Shown here: positions 30,597 to 41,100 of the stretch, one piece after another
Layout: the number at the start of each line of letters is the position of its first letter
Numbering within the stretch: position 1 is the stretch's first letter
Origin: Flavobacteriales bacterium
Lineage (GTDB): Bacteria; Bacteroidota; Bacteroidia; Palsa-965
Reading direction: 5' to 3'
DNA length: 64,000 nucleotides
NCBI GenBank assembly: GCA_040377305.1
Contig: JBEIPA010000009.1
Coordinates: 135,942-199,941 of the forward strand
Translations under genes and position numbers: made by a program
Notes under the pieces: model-generated
Databases searched by the model: none
What the model was told of the DNA's origin: nothing
Seen by the model: only the letters and a program-made list of their open reading frames with translations

Positions 30597-31907
30597 CTAA
30601 CGATTGTTCGGTTTATCGGATATCCAATGAAAGCCGGTGTTGCGGAGCGTATAGTCAGTATCAGACGCGGCAATTTTGTGAAGCACAAATCTTACTGAAT
30701 CCCCTCTCATTCGCCCGCTGAGAACGATATTGGATGAGTCGTTAAGGTTATATCTGAATTTTTCTTTCAGATCTTCCAACTTAGGATCTGACGGAACAAA
30801 TGTCATACTTGAATCAGGAACGAAGATTCGAAGTTTGTACCGTCCAGTACTGTCGTCCATCATCCTTACGGAGATCCTATTCATGTCAACAATTACAACT
30901 TGTTTCCAGGGAAATACAGAGTTAGTTGATGTGGTAGTACTATCGGCAATGAAATTAAATTCATTGATTTCGTACACGCCATAGAGTTTCGTTCTAGGAA
31001 CTTCTTCCTGATTCACATAGTCATAGAACGTATACGTTCCCCAGCCAACGACATAACCGATTAAGAGAAGCTTGATTAGATTTTTCGAAATCCGCATCCA
31101 CTTCTTATTGAAAGCAGGAGGAGCGATTTTGGGTAGTGCAATTGTTTGACCACTGAAGAAGAAAGTGAACAACCGCTTACTATCTCTGGCGAGCAGAAAC
31201 AGACACATCATTACCAGCGTTATCGACATTAGCTTTACTGGCACATCAAAGAATAAGTTTACAGCGAGAATATTAAGACAAGTAATCAATGTGAGTATCG
31301 CACCAAACGTGACTGTTCGGCGGAACAAAAGAAGTAACGCACTTAATTCAGCTATACCAACGAACCAATTGAACCCGTGAGAAAATCCAAAGTACGTCCA
31401 TGCTAATCCCATAGGTGTGGAATTGCCGTATGGCTCGCTGAGTCGATACAAGTCCGGATCAGGAAATTGTGTTTTAAAAATTTTGACCATGCCATACATG
31501 AATAGCATAAATGCAACATAGTACCTGATAGCAACGGTCAACCAATAATACAGAGTATTGTAATTGATGCGCTTCCGATCAAGTCCGGACCAAACAATAG
31601 CACCAAATATAGCCAACACAAATCCGCAGAAATATTTAATAAAATCAAAAGTAGTGTCACCACTACCGTTCGGTACTGTCGCTATTTTCCATGAAAATCC
31701 CAGAATTTTATTTCCAACCCAAACAAACATACCATTGAACACCTGCAGAAGTTCATCAACCCGGTACCAGAAAGGGTAAGCGCCGTTGTTTTCAAAAATA
31801 ATAATGAACAGGAAGTAGATAAAGAAGAAGCGGAAGGCAACCAATTGAAACAGGTTCCATTTGGTTTGTTGTTCTGGGATCTCCAGCAATTCAGATGAAG
31901 AGGTCAT
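30597..31907 (-). CDS. Polytopic membrane protein (DoxX-like)
   Basis: NGSGDTTFD, YGMVKIFKTQF, STPMGLAWTYFGFS and NLFFDVPVK; many TM segments. Confidence 0.7.
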   Translation of the reverse strand: MTSSSELLEIPEQQTKWNLFQLVAFRFFFIYFLFIIIFENNGAYPFWYRVDELLQVFNGMFVWVGNKILGFSWKIATVPNGSGDTTFDFIKYFCGFVLAIFGAIVWSGLDRKRINYNTLYYWLTVAIRYYVAFMLFMYGMVKIFKTQFPDPDLYRLSEPYGNSTPMGLAWTYFGFSHGFNWFVGIAELSALLLLFRRTVTFGAILTLITCLNILAVNLFFDVPVKLMSITLVMMCLFLLARDSKRLFTFFFSGQTIALPKIAPPAFNKKWMRISKNLIKLLLIGYVVGWGTYTFYDYVNQEEVPRTKLYGVYEINEFNFIADSTTTSTNSVFPWKQVVIVDMNRISVRMMDDSTGRYKLRIFVPDSSMTFVPSDPKLEDLKEKFRYNLNDSSNIVLSGRMRGDSVRFVLHKIAASDTDYTLRNTGFHWISDKPNNR

Positions 31908-33296
31908 CTAGCGAGAAATTACAAGGGGTTTATTGCACACAAATTCATTGGTCAACACTTGTACATGATAGAATCCTGCATCCAGTGCGTCCACCGGAAT
32001 TTCAATAGATTGAGAACGCAGGTACACTCCGGAATACACAATGGCGCCAATGGAATTGTAAATCGTTACGGTTGCGGTTTCGTCAAACGATCTTTGCACA
32101 CTAAGGATGTCACTAACTGGATTCGGCGACATAGTGAACAAATCGTGCACGACTATTTCATCTATAGCATCCGGATTTGAAGGAATACAATATCCGCTCG
32201 TGATGAAATTCGGCAAACCGTAATAGGAAATAGCGCCACCTAAACCAACTGCGCTGTTAACGAAATTGCACGCGAGTCCACCCACATCCGGATTACTGAT
32301 TGCTGCTAGCGAGTCGTTAAAGAGAATGGCGCAATAGATTTTTCCATCGGGTCCAAGTTGTAATGACGCTGGTGCACCGCTTCCTCCGGAACAAACACCG
32401 ATCTGCAATTCTGTAGCTGCGGAGTTCGCAACAACAACATCGTATTGGTAAATCGGTGCGCCACTCCAGCTCCACGATGTAACGTAGAGGTAATTGCTCG
32501 TTGCCGAAAACTCGATTCCGTATGGTGTGTACGTTGTCGTTAACGTTTGCAGATTCGTGAGTTGTCCTGTGGTACGATTGAAATCAAACAACTGCACTTC
32601 ATCGAATCCGTAGTGCGCGACAGCCATTTTTCTTCCGTCACAAGAGAATTTCATGCAACCAAGTGTTTCAACGCCATTGAATGAACTATTGATGACTCCG
32701 CCAATGTTGCTGATAACGGGTCCACTGATTCCAGCAGCTGTCACGAGATACGCATAATATGCATCTGTGTTTAAAGGATGAACCATTACCCAAATGTCAA
32801 CTCCGTTAGCGTGACGGACAGCGGCGAGTTTTTCTAAACACGGTGCAACGAGTGGAATGTTTTTGTTGATGGTCACATCACCCAGCCCGGTATTTAACGT
32901 CATGTCAATTTCTGAATAGCACAATCCATTTGCATTGCCCTGACAAGCGAGCGTAAACAAATAGTAGATCGAAGGATTGCCCGGCTTACGAATAGCGAGT
33001 GAAGATTGCGAAGCAGAAAGCTGTCCGTACAATCCTGTTCCATTTGACATGGGAACATGATTTGCATTCCATACGGTGTCGCCATTGGAGTAGAAGAGAA
33101 TCTGGTTCGCGTTATTGGAAACAGTTACGCAGCCTTCATCAGCTTTCATCATGCTATTCGCAATTGCTACTGGAGAACCGGAAGTGAAGTCGAGTCCGCA
33201 TCGATTGCCGAAATACCAGATTTTATTTTGACTATTGAGTGAGAATGCGGCGGTACAAAAAAGAAGCAGAGGGATAATTCTCAGTGGGTTCATCAA
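31908..33296 (-). CDS. T9SS type A cargo with a beta-propeller domain
   Basis: WYFGNRCGLDF, LQLGPDGKIY, GLPNF; CTD begins SPNPVSD. Confidence 0.85.
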   Translation of the reverse strand: MMNPLRIIPLLLFCTAAFSLNSQNKIWYFGNRCGLDFTSGSPVAIANSMMKADEGCVTVSNNANQILFYSNGDTVWNANHVPMSNGTGLYGQLSASQSSLAIRKPGNPSIYYLFTLACQGNANGLCYSEIDMTLNTGLGDVTINKNIPLVAPCLEKLAAVRHANGVDIWVMVHPLNTDAYYAYLVTAAGISGPVISNIGGVINSSFNGVETLGCMKFSCDGRKMAVAHYGFDEVQLFDFNRTTGQLTNLQTLTTTYTPYGIEFSATSNYLYVTSWSWSGAPIYQYDVVVANSAATELQIGVCSGGSGAPASLQLGPDGKIYCAILFNDSLAAISNPDVGGLACNFVNSAVGLGGAISYYGLPNFITSGYCIPSNPDAIDEIVVHDLFTMSPNPVSDILSVQRSFDETATVTIYNSIGAIVYSGVYLRSQSIEIPVDALDAGFYHVQVLTNEFVCNKPLVISR

Positions 33297-33360
33297 CCCA
33301 ATTTACACCATTCCCTGAAATATTTATCACCGGTGTTTTCGGAGAATCTGCTTATTTTGT

Positions 33361-35229
33361 ATGCTCATGTTTCACAGGCGCTTTCTTGCGATTTTGCTTT
33401 TTTTGCCATCGTTGTTTTTCGCGCAAACGAAGGAGCAGACGTATATCGATTCGTTGATCGGAGCAATAGAAACGGCACCGAAGGAGGATACGGTAAAGGC
33501 CGACTTGCTCTCCCGGCTTTCTTTCGCTTATATCTCGATTGATCCAGAGGAAGGTGTAAAAAGGGGAAAAGAAGCAGTTGAACTTTCACAAAAACTCAAA
33601 TGGAAGAAGGGTGAAGCTTCTGCGTATAATTCTATAGGATCCAATTATCGTATTCTGAGTGACTACCCGAACGCTTTGGAGAACTTCCTAAAGGCGCTTG
33701 ATATCAACGAAGAAATTCACAATGAAAATGGGGTTGCAAATAACTACGGCAACATCGGAATAGTGTATAAGAAGCAAGGCGATTTTGAAAACGCGTTGCT
33801 GTATTATGGGAAAGCCCACGACTTGCACAAGAAGCTTGACGATGAAAAAGGTATGGCAATTAATCTTGGCAACAGTGGCATTGTTTTTAACACGCAAAAA
33901 AAGTTTTCGAAGGCGTTGGAGTACGAATTCAAGGCTTTGGAAATCTGGGAGGCAATCGGTAGTCAAAAGAGCGTGGCCATCTGGTTAGGCAACATCAGTT
34001 TGGTATATAGTGATTCCGGATTGTATACAGAAGCGTTGAATTATTCTCAACGTGCGTTGAGAATAAACGATTCGCTGGGTGTTAAGAAGGGCATTGCAGA
34101 TAATTGCAGAACTATCGGGTCCATTTATTTCGGCATGTCGAAGGATAGAAACAAATCGCTTTCGGAGCGCACTGCAGCAAGGAAGAACGCACTGGAATAT
34201 CTCGAAAGAGCGCGCACGATAGCAGAGGAACTCGGCGACCTGATCAACCTTCAGGAGATCAACGAGATTTTGTATGACGTAAATCTTGAAGATGGTAATT
34301 ACCACGCCGCACTTAAAAATTACAGAGCGTTCGTAATGTATCGCGATTCAATTTCATCGGTGGGCACGAAAGAGAAGATCACAAATCTTATTACCCAACG
34401 AGAATTGCTGGTGAAGGATAAAGAGCTGCTGATTGGTGAGCAGCAACTGGAAATCGATCGACTTGCTGTTGAGAAGAAACGAAATGAACGTGTGTTTTAT
34501 GTGATCGGCCTCGGATTGCTTTTAATTGTAACGGGTGTGATTTATCGCAATTTCAAAAACCAGCAGAAGACGAATCAGCAGTTGGCGATTGAGAAGAATA
34601 AATCAGAAGATCTTTTGCTGAATATTCTTCCGGCAAAAGTGGCGGAAGAAATAAAGCAAACAGGAGAGGCGCGTGCGCAACACTTCAATCAGGTTACGGT
34701 ACTGTTTACTGACTTTGTGGATTTCACACAGGCGGCGGAAAAGTTGACACCACAGCAGCTTGTAGACGAATTGCATGTGTGTTTCAAAGAGTTCGACAAC
34801 ATTGTTTCGAAATACGGTATTGAGAAAATCAAAACGGTTGGCGATGCGTATCTCGCAGTATGCGGACTTCCGGAACCCGATGCGCTGCATGCATCGAAAG
34901 TGGTGAACGCAGCAATAGAAATTTGTGATTTTATGAAAGCACGGAAGGTGCAATTGGGAGCTGATATTTTTGAGGTACGCGTGGGAGTTCACAGCGGAAG
35001 TGTTGTGGCAGGAATTGTTGGCGTGAAGAAAATCGCTTACGATATCTGGGGAGATACAGTGAATGTAGCTTCACGCATGGAGAGTGGGGGAGAGCCGGGC
35101 AGGATAAATATTTCGGGCACTACGTATCAGGAAATTGCAAATGATCCACAATTTAAATTTGAGTTTCGCGGCAAAATTCCGGCGAAGCACAAAGGAGAAG
35201 TGGAAATGTATTTTGTGACCCGGGCTTAA
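33361..35229 (+). CDS. TPR-sensor class III adenylate/guanylate cyclase
   Basis: TPR repeats, TM helix; LLNILP, VLFTDFVDFT, KIKTVGDAY, YDIWGDTVNVASRMES. Confidence 0.93.
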   Translation: MLMFHRRFLAILLFLPSLFFAQTKEQTYIDSLIGAIETAPKEDTVKADLLSRLSFAYISIDPEEGVKRGKEAVELSQKLKWKKGEASAYNSIGSNYRILSDYPNALENFLKALDINEEIHNENGVANNYGNIGIVYKKQGDFENALLYYGKAHDLHKKLDDEKGMAINLGNSGIVFNTQKKFSKALEYEFKALEIWEAIGSQKSVAIWLGNISLVYSDSGLYTEALNYSQRALRINDSLGVKKGIADNCRTIGSIYFGMSKDRNKSLSERTAARKNALEYLERARTIAEELGDLINLQEINEILYDVNLEDGNYHAALKNYRAFVMYRDSISSVGTKEKITNLITQRELLVKDKELLIGEQQLEIDRLAVEKKRNERVFYVIGLGLLLIVTGVIYRNFKNQQKTNQQLAIEKNKSEDLLLNILPAKVAEEIKQTGEARAQHFNQVTVLFTDFVDFTQAAEKLTPQQLVDELHVCFKEFDNIVSKYGIEKIKTVGDAYLAVCGLPEPDALHASKVVNAAIEICDFMKARKVQLGADIFEVRVGVHSGSVVAGIVGVKKIAYDIWGDTVNVASRMESGGEPGRINISGTTYQEIANDPQFKFEFRGKIPAKHKGEVEMYFVTRA

Positions 35230-35612
35230 AGTTCGCCCTTCGGCTCCCACAACTCAATTTTGTTGCCTTCGGGATCCATGATGTGCGCGAACTTTCCGTA
35301 GTCGAATTCCTGAAGCTCGCCAACCTGCATAACACCTTCTTTCTTCAATTCGGCAAGGAGTTCAACGAGATTCTCCACACGATAATTGATCATGTATTCT
35401 TTCGTTGAAGGCTCAAAATATTTTGTGTCTGCTTTGAACGGATTCCATGCGGTTTGTCCTTTCACTTCGGGATTTTCAGAATCACTCCACTCAAACATGC
35501 CTCCCCATTCGTTTGATTCAATACCAAGATGTTTCGCATACCATTCGCGTTGTGCTTTCGGATCGTTGCTCTTAAAGAAAACTCCGCCGAGACCTGTTAC
35601 TCGTTTTTTCAT
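35226..35612 (-). CDS. VOC/glyoxalase family protein
   Basis: RVTGLGGVFFK...DPEGNKIELWEP; TATATTTG 5 nt upstream. Confidence 0.9.
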   Translation of the reverse strand: MKKRVTGLGGVFFKSNDPKAQREWYAKHLGIESNEWGGMFEWSDSENPEVKGQTAWNPFKADTKYFEPSTKEYMINYRVENLVELLAELKKEGVMQVGELQEFDYGKFAHIMDPEGNKIELWEPKGEL

Positions 35613-35643
35613 GCTTCCAAATATAACGGATGTCTGCGACGCT

Positions 35644-35788
35644 TACCACGGCGACACGGCGTTACGGCGCCCGTTGTTTTCACTTCTGAGCCCACGAGGG
35701 ACGGTGGATCGCCAAGCGATCCGTTGAGGCCGTGCCGCGTGGGTTTAGAATTAGCAACCCTTCTCCGTTACGCCGAGCCTCCGTGTAA
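35644..35788. repeat. GC-rich nested inverted-repeat element with ACGGC/GCCGT arms
   Basis: Outer arms TACCACGGCGACACGGCGTTACGG / CCGTTACGCCGAGCCTCCGTGTA; inner CCCACG...GGATCGC-CAA-GCGATCC...CGTGGG. Confidence 0.65.
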
Positions 35789-35815
35789 AGCCCCGCAGGG
35801 TTGGAATGTTCTTCC

Positions 35816-37930
35816 TTAGTAAAACTTGATTCCCAGCATGAGTACATCATCCACCTGGAACATATTCCCTTTCCAGTCTTCAAAAACTTTCTGCATGTGT
35901 TCTTTCTGCTGAATAGAATTCAGGTTCTGCACATTCGACAATGTAGTTTTCAGGCGGCTGTACTTGAACTTCTTTCCAAACTGTGTTCCTGCATTGCCGC
36001 AGAATTGATCCGGGTAACCATCGGTAAACATGTAGATGTTCGTGATATCTCCCAAAGGCATGGTGTGAACCTGAAAGGGCTGGTGCTTGTCGAGATAAAA
36101 ACCAATCGGCTGACGATCTCCTTTTACTTCGTGAAGTTCACCTGCAATGTTTGTGTAGTACAGAGAATTGTTTGCACCGGCGAACATGAGCAAATCGGCA
36201 TTTTCGTCGATCACCGCAAGTGAAATATCCATACCGTCGTGTGCATTCGCGCGATCTTCATTCTGGTGTAAAGCCTTCATGACTTTATCACTCAGCAAGT
36301 TCAATGCAATGCCGGGATCAGTAACGCTTTTCTCATTGATGATTTCATTCAACAGCGACGTTCCGATCAACGACATGAACGCACCCGGAACTCCATGGCC
36401 CGTACAGTCTGCAACGACTACAACTTTAACTCCGGCTTTCTCTGCAATCCACCAGAAGTCTCCGCTAACAATATCACGCGGCTTGTAAATCATGAATGAT
36501 TCAGGAAATATTCTCTTCAGTTCAGAGCGCGAGGGCATTACAGCCTGCTGAATACGTAACGCGTAGTTTACACTGTCTACAATATCACGGTGCTGCTCTT
36601 CAACGATTTTCTTTTGCTCAGTGATTTCTGACTTCTGTGTAGCAAGCACCGTGTTGGTCTTTTTCGTTTCACGATTTTTTACCCAGATCAGAACTGCAAC
36701 TACCGCAACACCAACGAGGATGATAACAAGTAACCAACCTTTCGTTCTTTCCTGTGAGAGCGATGCATCATCAAGTTGCTTCTGCTGGGAAAGTCTTTCG
36801 ATTTCACGACCGCTCTCTTCTGCTTTCAGCAAAGCACTGAGGCGACTTACTTCGTTCTTACTTTCCTCAGCGTTGATCTCTGCAAAAATTTCGTGATACT
36901 TTCTGAACCAATCGTATGCTTTTTCGTGTTGCCCTTGCGCTGCGTACAACTCCGCGAATGCTTTACAATTCGCCATTGTCATTTCCTTGTACCCAATGGA
37001 ATCAGTAAGCACGTAGCTCGCGTTGATGTAGTACCACGCGCTGTCGTATTTTTCAGCCTTCGTGTACTCGAGACCCATATTATTCAGGACGAGTGACGCA
37101 CCATTCAAATCGCCAATTTCTCTGCGCATTTGCAATGCCTGGTGATAAACACCGATTGCACGATCTGCTTCTCCAAAGCGACTATATATGCTCGCCATGT
37201 TGTTCAGCGCAATAGCTATATGTCGCTTACTCGGAATTTTCAAACCAATCTCGAGGGCGCGTTGATAGTAAATCAAACCGGTAGAGTCGTCCTGCAGATC
37301 GCAGTATACATTTCCGATGCGCAGTAGTGCATTGCAGGTTTTACCAGGATCGTTTGTGCGCTCGTATAACGCAAGCGCTTCCAGCTGATACTTCAAAGCT
37401 TCGGTGAGATTACCTTGATCGTGGTGGATCAACCCGATATTCAGATAAGAGCCGGCCGCTTCCAGTAGATTTTTGTTTTCAAAATTCGCTTTGAGAGCGA
37501 GGTCGTATTGTTTCAATGCTTCCAGTCGATCACCTTTTTCCCGGTAGATGAATCCGGCTTTGTTATAACAGGATGCAACTGCTCCGGAATCTCCGAGTGA
37601 ACGGTAGTCTTCGATCAGCTTCTCGTACATCTGTAACGAACTATCTCCGTTACCCGCATAAAAAATGGCATAAGCCCGTTGATACTGCGCGTCGGCAATA
37701 CCTTTTTTGTCGTTCAGTTTTTTCGCGAAACCTTCGGCCTTATCGGCATAGACAAGCGTACTGTCAACTTTATTGTTTGTGAATTGCGCTGCAATGGTTA
37801 TACACAAGCGCATGCGAATGCTGTCGTGCTTTGCTTTCGCTAATTCACTACGCAAAGAATCGACCTGCCCGTGCAAAAAAGCGGGCGCCGCCGAAATAAT
37901 AAGCGCGAATAGCAAACGAAAAAACCGCAT
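35816..37930 (-). CDS. TPR-sensor membrane protein with a SpoIIE/PP2C phosphatase domain
   Basis: TPR repeats, TM helix; VSGDFWW, DCTGHGVPGA, DGMD, TDGYPDQF, QVDD. Start taken at MRFFRLL. Confidence 0.92.
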   Translation of the reverse strand: MRFFRLLFALIISAAPAFLHGQVDSLRSELAKAKHDSIRMRLCITIAAQFTNNKVDSTLVYADKAEGFAKKLNDKKGIADAQYQRAYAIFYAGNGDSSLQMYEKLIEDYRSLGDSGAVASCYNKAGFIYREKGDRLEALKQYDLALKANFENKNLLEAAGSYLNIGLIHHDQGNLTEALKYQLEALALYERTNDPGKTCNALLRIGNVYCDLQDDSTGLIYYQRALEIGLKIPSKRHIAIALNNMASIYSRFGEADRAIGVYHQALQMRREIGDLNGASLVLNNMGLEYTKAEKYDSAWYYINASYVLTDSIGYKEMTMANCKAFAELYAAQGQHEKAYDWFRKYHEIFAEINAEESKNEVSRLSALLKAEESGREIERLSQQKQLDDASLSQERTKGWLLVIILVGVAVVAVLIWVKNRETKKTNTVLATQKSEITEQKKIVEEQHRDIVDSVNYALRIQQAVMPSRSELKRIFPESFMIYKPRDIVSGDFWWIAEKAGVKVVVVADCTGHGVPGAFMSLIGTSLLNEIINEKSVTDPGIALNLLSDKVMKALHQNEDRANAHDGMDISLAVIDENADLLMFAGANNSLYYTNIAGELHEVKGDRQPIGFYLDKHQPFQVHTMPLGDITNIYMFTDGYPDQFCGNAGTQFGKKFKYSRLKTTLSNVQNLNSIQQKEHMQKVFEDWKGNMFQVDDVLMLGIKFY

Positions 37931-38042
37931 AGAATGGGAATGTACGAACAGTTTTGGAAAGGAAACGCACCGTTTGCTAGATGAATCTGCATCGCACCGT
38001 GAGCGCATTTCTTAAGGCGACGAGCGCAAGAAATGAGGCGAC

Positions 38043-38085
38043 AAAAAAAGACCCGTCTGTCAGTATGTTGACAAGACGGGCCTTT
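38043..38085 (-). terminator. Intrinsic terminator after the large T9SS gene
   Basis: A7-GACCCGTCTGTCA...TGACAAGACGGGCC hairpin; U-tract on the minus strand. Confidence 0.7.
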
Positions 38086-38102
38086 CAAATAGTGACTGGA
38101 AA

Positions 38103-41100
38103 CTATCTGTTTACAATCACACGCTGAACAGTGCGTTGTCCATCGGCGGTAATAACAGTCAACATGTAAATTCCTGACGCATCAAGATTGATTGTATTAG
38201 CAACATTCGGCTGCATTTTCTGCGCAACGACGAGTTTGCCTTGAGCATCATAAACCGTTACGTCTGCAATGTTTGCTGAACTAAACTGAATAGTAAATGC
38301 ACCATTGTTTGGATTCGGATAAACAGAAACCAGACCGGTGTTGTTTGGACTATCAGTTCCTGTACAGATGTCAACGTAAATTGAATCGGTTGTGCTGTTC
38401 GAACAACCATTCACGTCTGTAAACATGTACATGATTGCGTGAGTTCCAACACCAGCAGCTGCAGGATCGAATGAACCTGCTGTAACGCCCGGACCTGAGA
38501 ATGTGCCACCGGAAGGTGATTCGCCACTCAAGGTAAATGCTCCATCAGCAAGGCAAACGGTGTCGTTCGTGATGGCGAGTGTAACTGTAGGACCAGCTGG
38601 ATCAGCTATTGCTACACTCAGTGTATCCATACAGCCGTTGGCATCTGTAACAGTAACACTGTAGGTTCCCGCAGTCAATCCGGAAATGTCTTCGGTAGTT
38701 GCACTGTTATCCCACAAGTAACTGTATGTAACTGTACCACCACTTACCGTAATGTCTACCATGCCGTCTGAACCGCCGCATGTAGTTGGCCCCATTGCCA
38801 TAGTGATAACTGTGCTAAGTGGAGCACTTGGTCCGGCAACCGAAACAGTATGAGTCATTGTACAGCCGTTAGCATCAGTAACAACAACGGTGTAATTTCC
38901 CGATGAGATATTGCTGATGTCTTCCGTTGTGTACGTTCCGCTGTTCCAATCGTATGTGTACGGAGAAGTTCCGCCACTAACGCTTAAGTCGATGGACGCT
39001 GCAGAATCACCGAAGCAAACTTCGTCCGTAGTGATATCAAGTAATGCAATAACACCCGGCTCTGTGATCAGGAAAGTTTGCGTTGCTGTACAACCGTTCA
39101 CATCAGTAACGGTTACGGTATACCCGCCCGCGGTCAGGTTGTTTTCAGTTACACCGGATCCTCCGCTTGGAGTCCAGGCATAAGTGAACGGTGCAATTCC
39201 TCCGTTTGTTCCCACGGTAGCAGACCCATCGTTGCCGCCATTGCATGCAACATTAATTTGAGAAACAGCAGTTGCAGTTACATCTGTGCCTGTTCCCTGA
39301 ATCGCGTAATCGAACGCAGCTTCATCGCAGTCGTTGGTGTTTACCGTGATTGTTGCTTGACGTACACCGGCAGCAGAAGGATCAAACGTAACGGTGAACG
39401 TTGTACTTCCGCTAGCAGCAACAGATGCAGCTGGTGAAGTTGTTACCGTAAAGTCTGCAGCATTCGCACCGGAGATAGTTACGTTAGCAATTGTAAGCGC
39501 GGTTGTTCCCGGATTCATAATCGTGAACGTGCTGCTTAGTGTTCCGTTGCACACAGACTGAATTCCAAAATCAGTTGCGTCCGTAACAGCTGGAGTTATA
39601 TCCCCATCAGTAATTGTAACCGCATTACCCTGTACATCAATCTCACGTGGAGTTCCGAACTCATCTGCGCCCATATCAACAGTACAGGCATCGCGCGTTG
39701 CACAATCAAAATCAGTTGTTATTGCTGGAATGAGCGTAGCAGCATCTTCAATTCCCGGGTTACTTCCTGCAACAGCATGAAGATCCGTTAATGAAACAAA
39801 TGTCGCTGCAACGTTTGAGGAAGCAATGTCGCGTCCGGTTTCTGTCTGCCAGTTTGCAATAGTGGTGCGGCTGATCCCGGTTTGTACACCTCCGGTTATT
39901 CCAACGTGGTATGATCCCGGTCCTGCACCTGCAGAGAACAGGTCATTATTATCAGAAACCAGACTCACATAATTACCCAGGGTCGATGTGTAGCCCAATG
40001 CAATACTCACAAAACGCATTGTTGCACCGGCATTACCAACTTGTGTGTTTACCAGAATGTTGTTGTTAATGTTGAGTGGCGCAACAGTTGCAGAAGTTAC
40101 AGCCAAACACGCCGAAGTGGAAGTAGCGGCTGATGCTCCTGCTACAGTGCCCTGCATGGAAATTGTATTATGGTATACATCGGTTGTTGCTGTTCCTCCA
40201 CCAAGGACGATGCCTGCAGCAAGATCCCCCGGTGTAGCGTTTGCCATAACACCATAAATCATGTTATTGGCAATAAGGTTGGTTCCTGAAATTGTATTAC
40301 CAAGTCCAATTCCAACTGCAGAGAATGTTCCGGTTTGCTGAACAGATCCGATCGTGTTGTTAGTGATGGTAACGTTACTTGCACCATCCGCAATGCCCGT
40401 GGTTGTTGAAAGGAATCCACCAACGGGACTAAAACCAACGTTGATCGCGGCGATATCTGCAGATGCGGTATTCGCAATGTTGCCGACTGTATTTCCGCTG
40501 ACCACAATATTATTCGTCAGGTTGACTACGATACCACTGAGTCCAATATTGTTCGGCGCGGTGTTATCGAGGAAATTCTGGTTAACCGTCACCCCTTGAT
40601 TTTTCGTCGCAGCATTTAATCCACCCGAAAAAATACCATACTGACATGCGCGGATATCGTTGTTGATAAAGAAAAGGTTGTCGTTGTTTGTTCCGCTTGA
40701 ACCAACTGTAATTCCACCCGCACCAAGACCAACTAATGTTGTAGTCGATGAATTTCCGGTGATGATACAATTTTCAATGCTGCAGTTCGTCACAGAGTTC
40801 GGTCCAGTCGCTGTCGCCATCCATACAACACCAGCTGCTGTAGAAGTACTCGTTTGACTGATCGTGAGATCGCGCGATGCAGACACTGCAGGACAAACAG
40901 TACTCACTGCAGAACCGTTTGTTCCGTTGATCGTTACATAATCTGCACCGCTAAGAAGGAAAATCGCGGTTGTGTTAGAACCAGTGATGGTTGTTGTTAC
41001 TCCTACTGCTGGTTTAATCGTCAAAGTGTTGATTGCACTCGCATCCGGATTCGACAGAATTGTAATCGGGAATGTTTCTCCCGGATACGTTGCGTCGATA

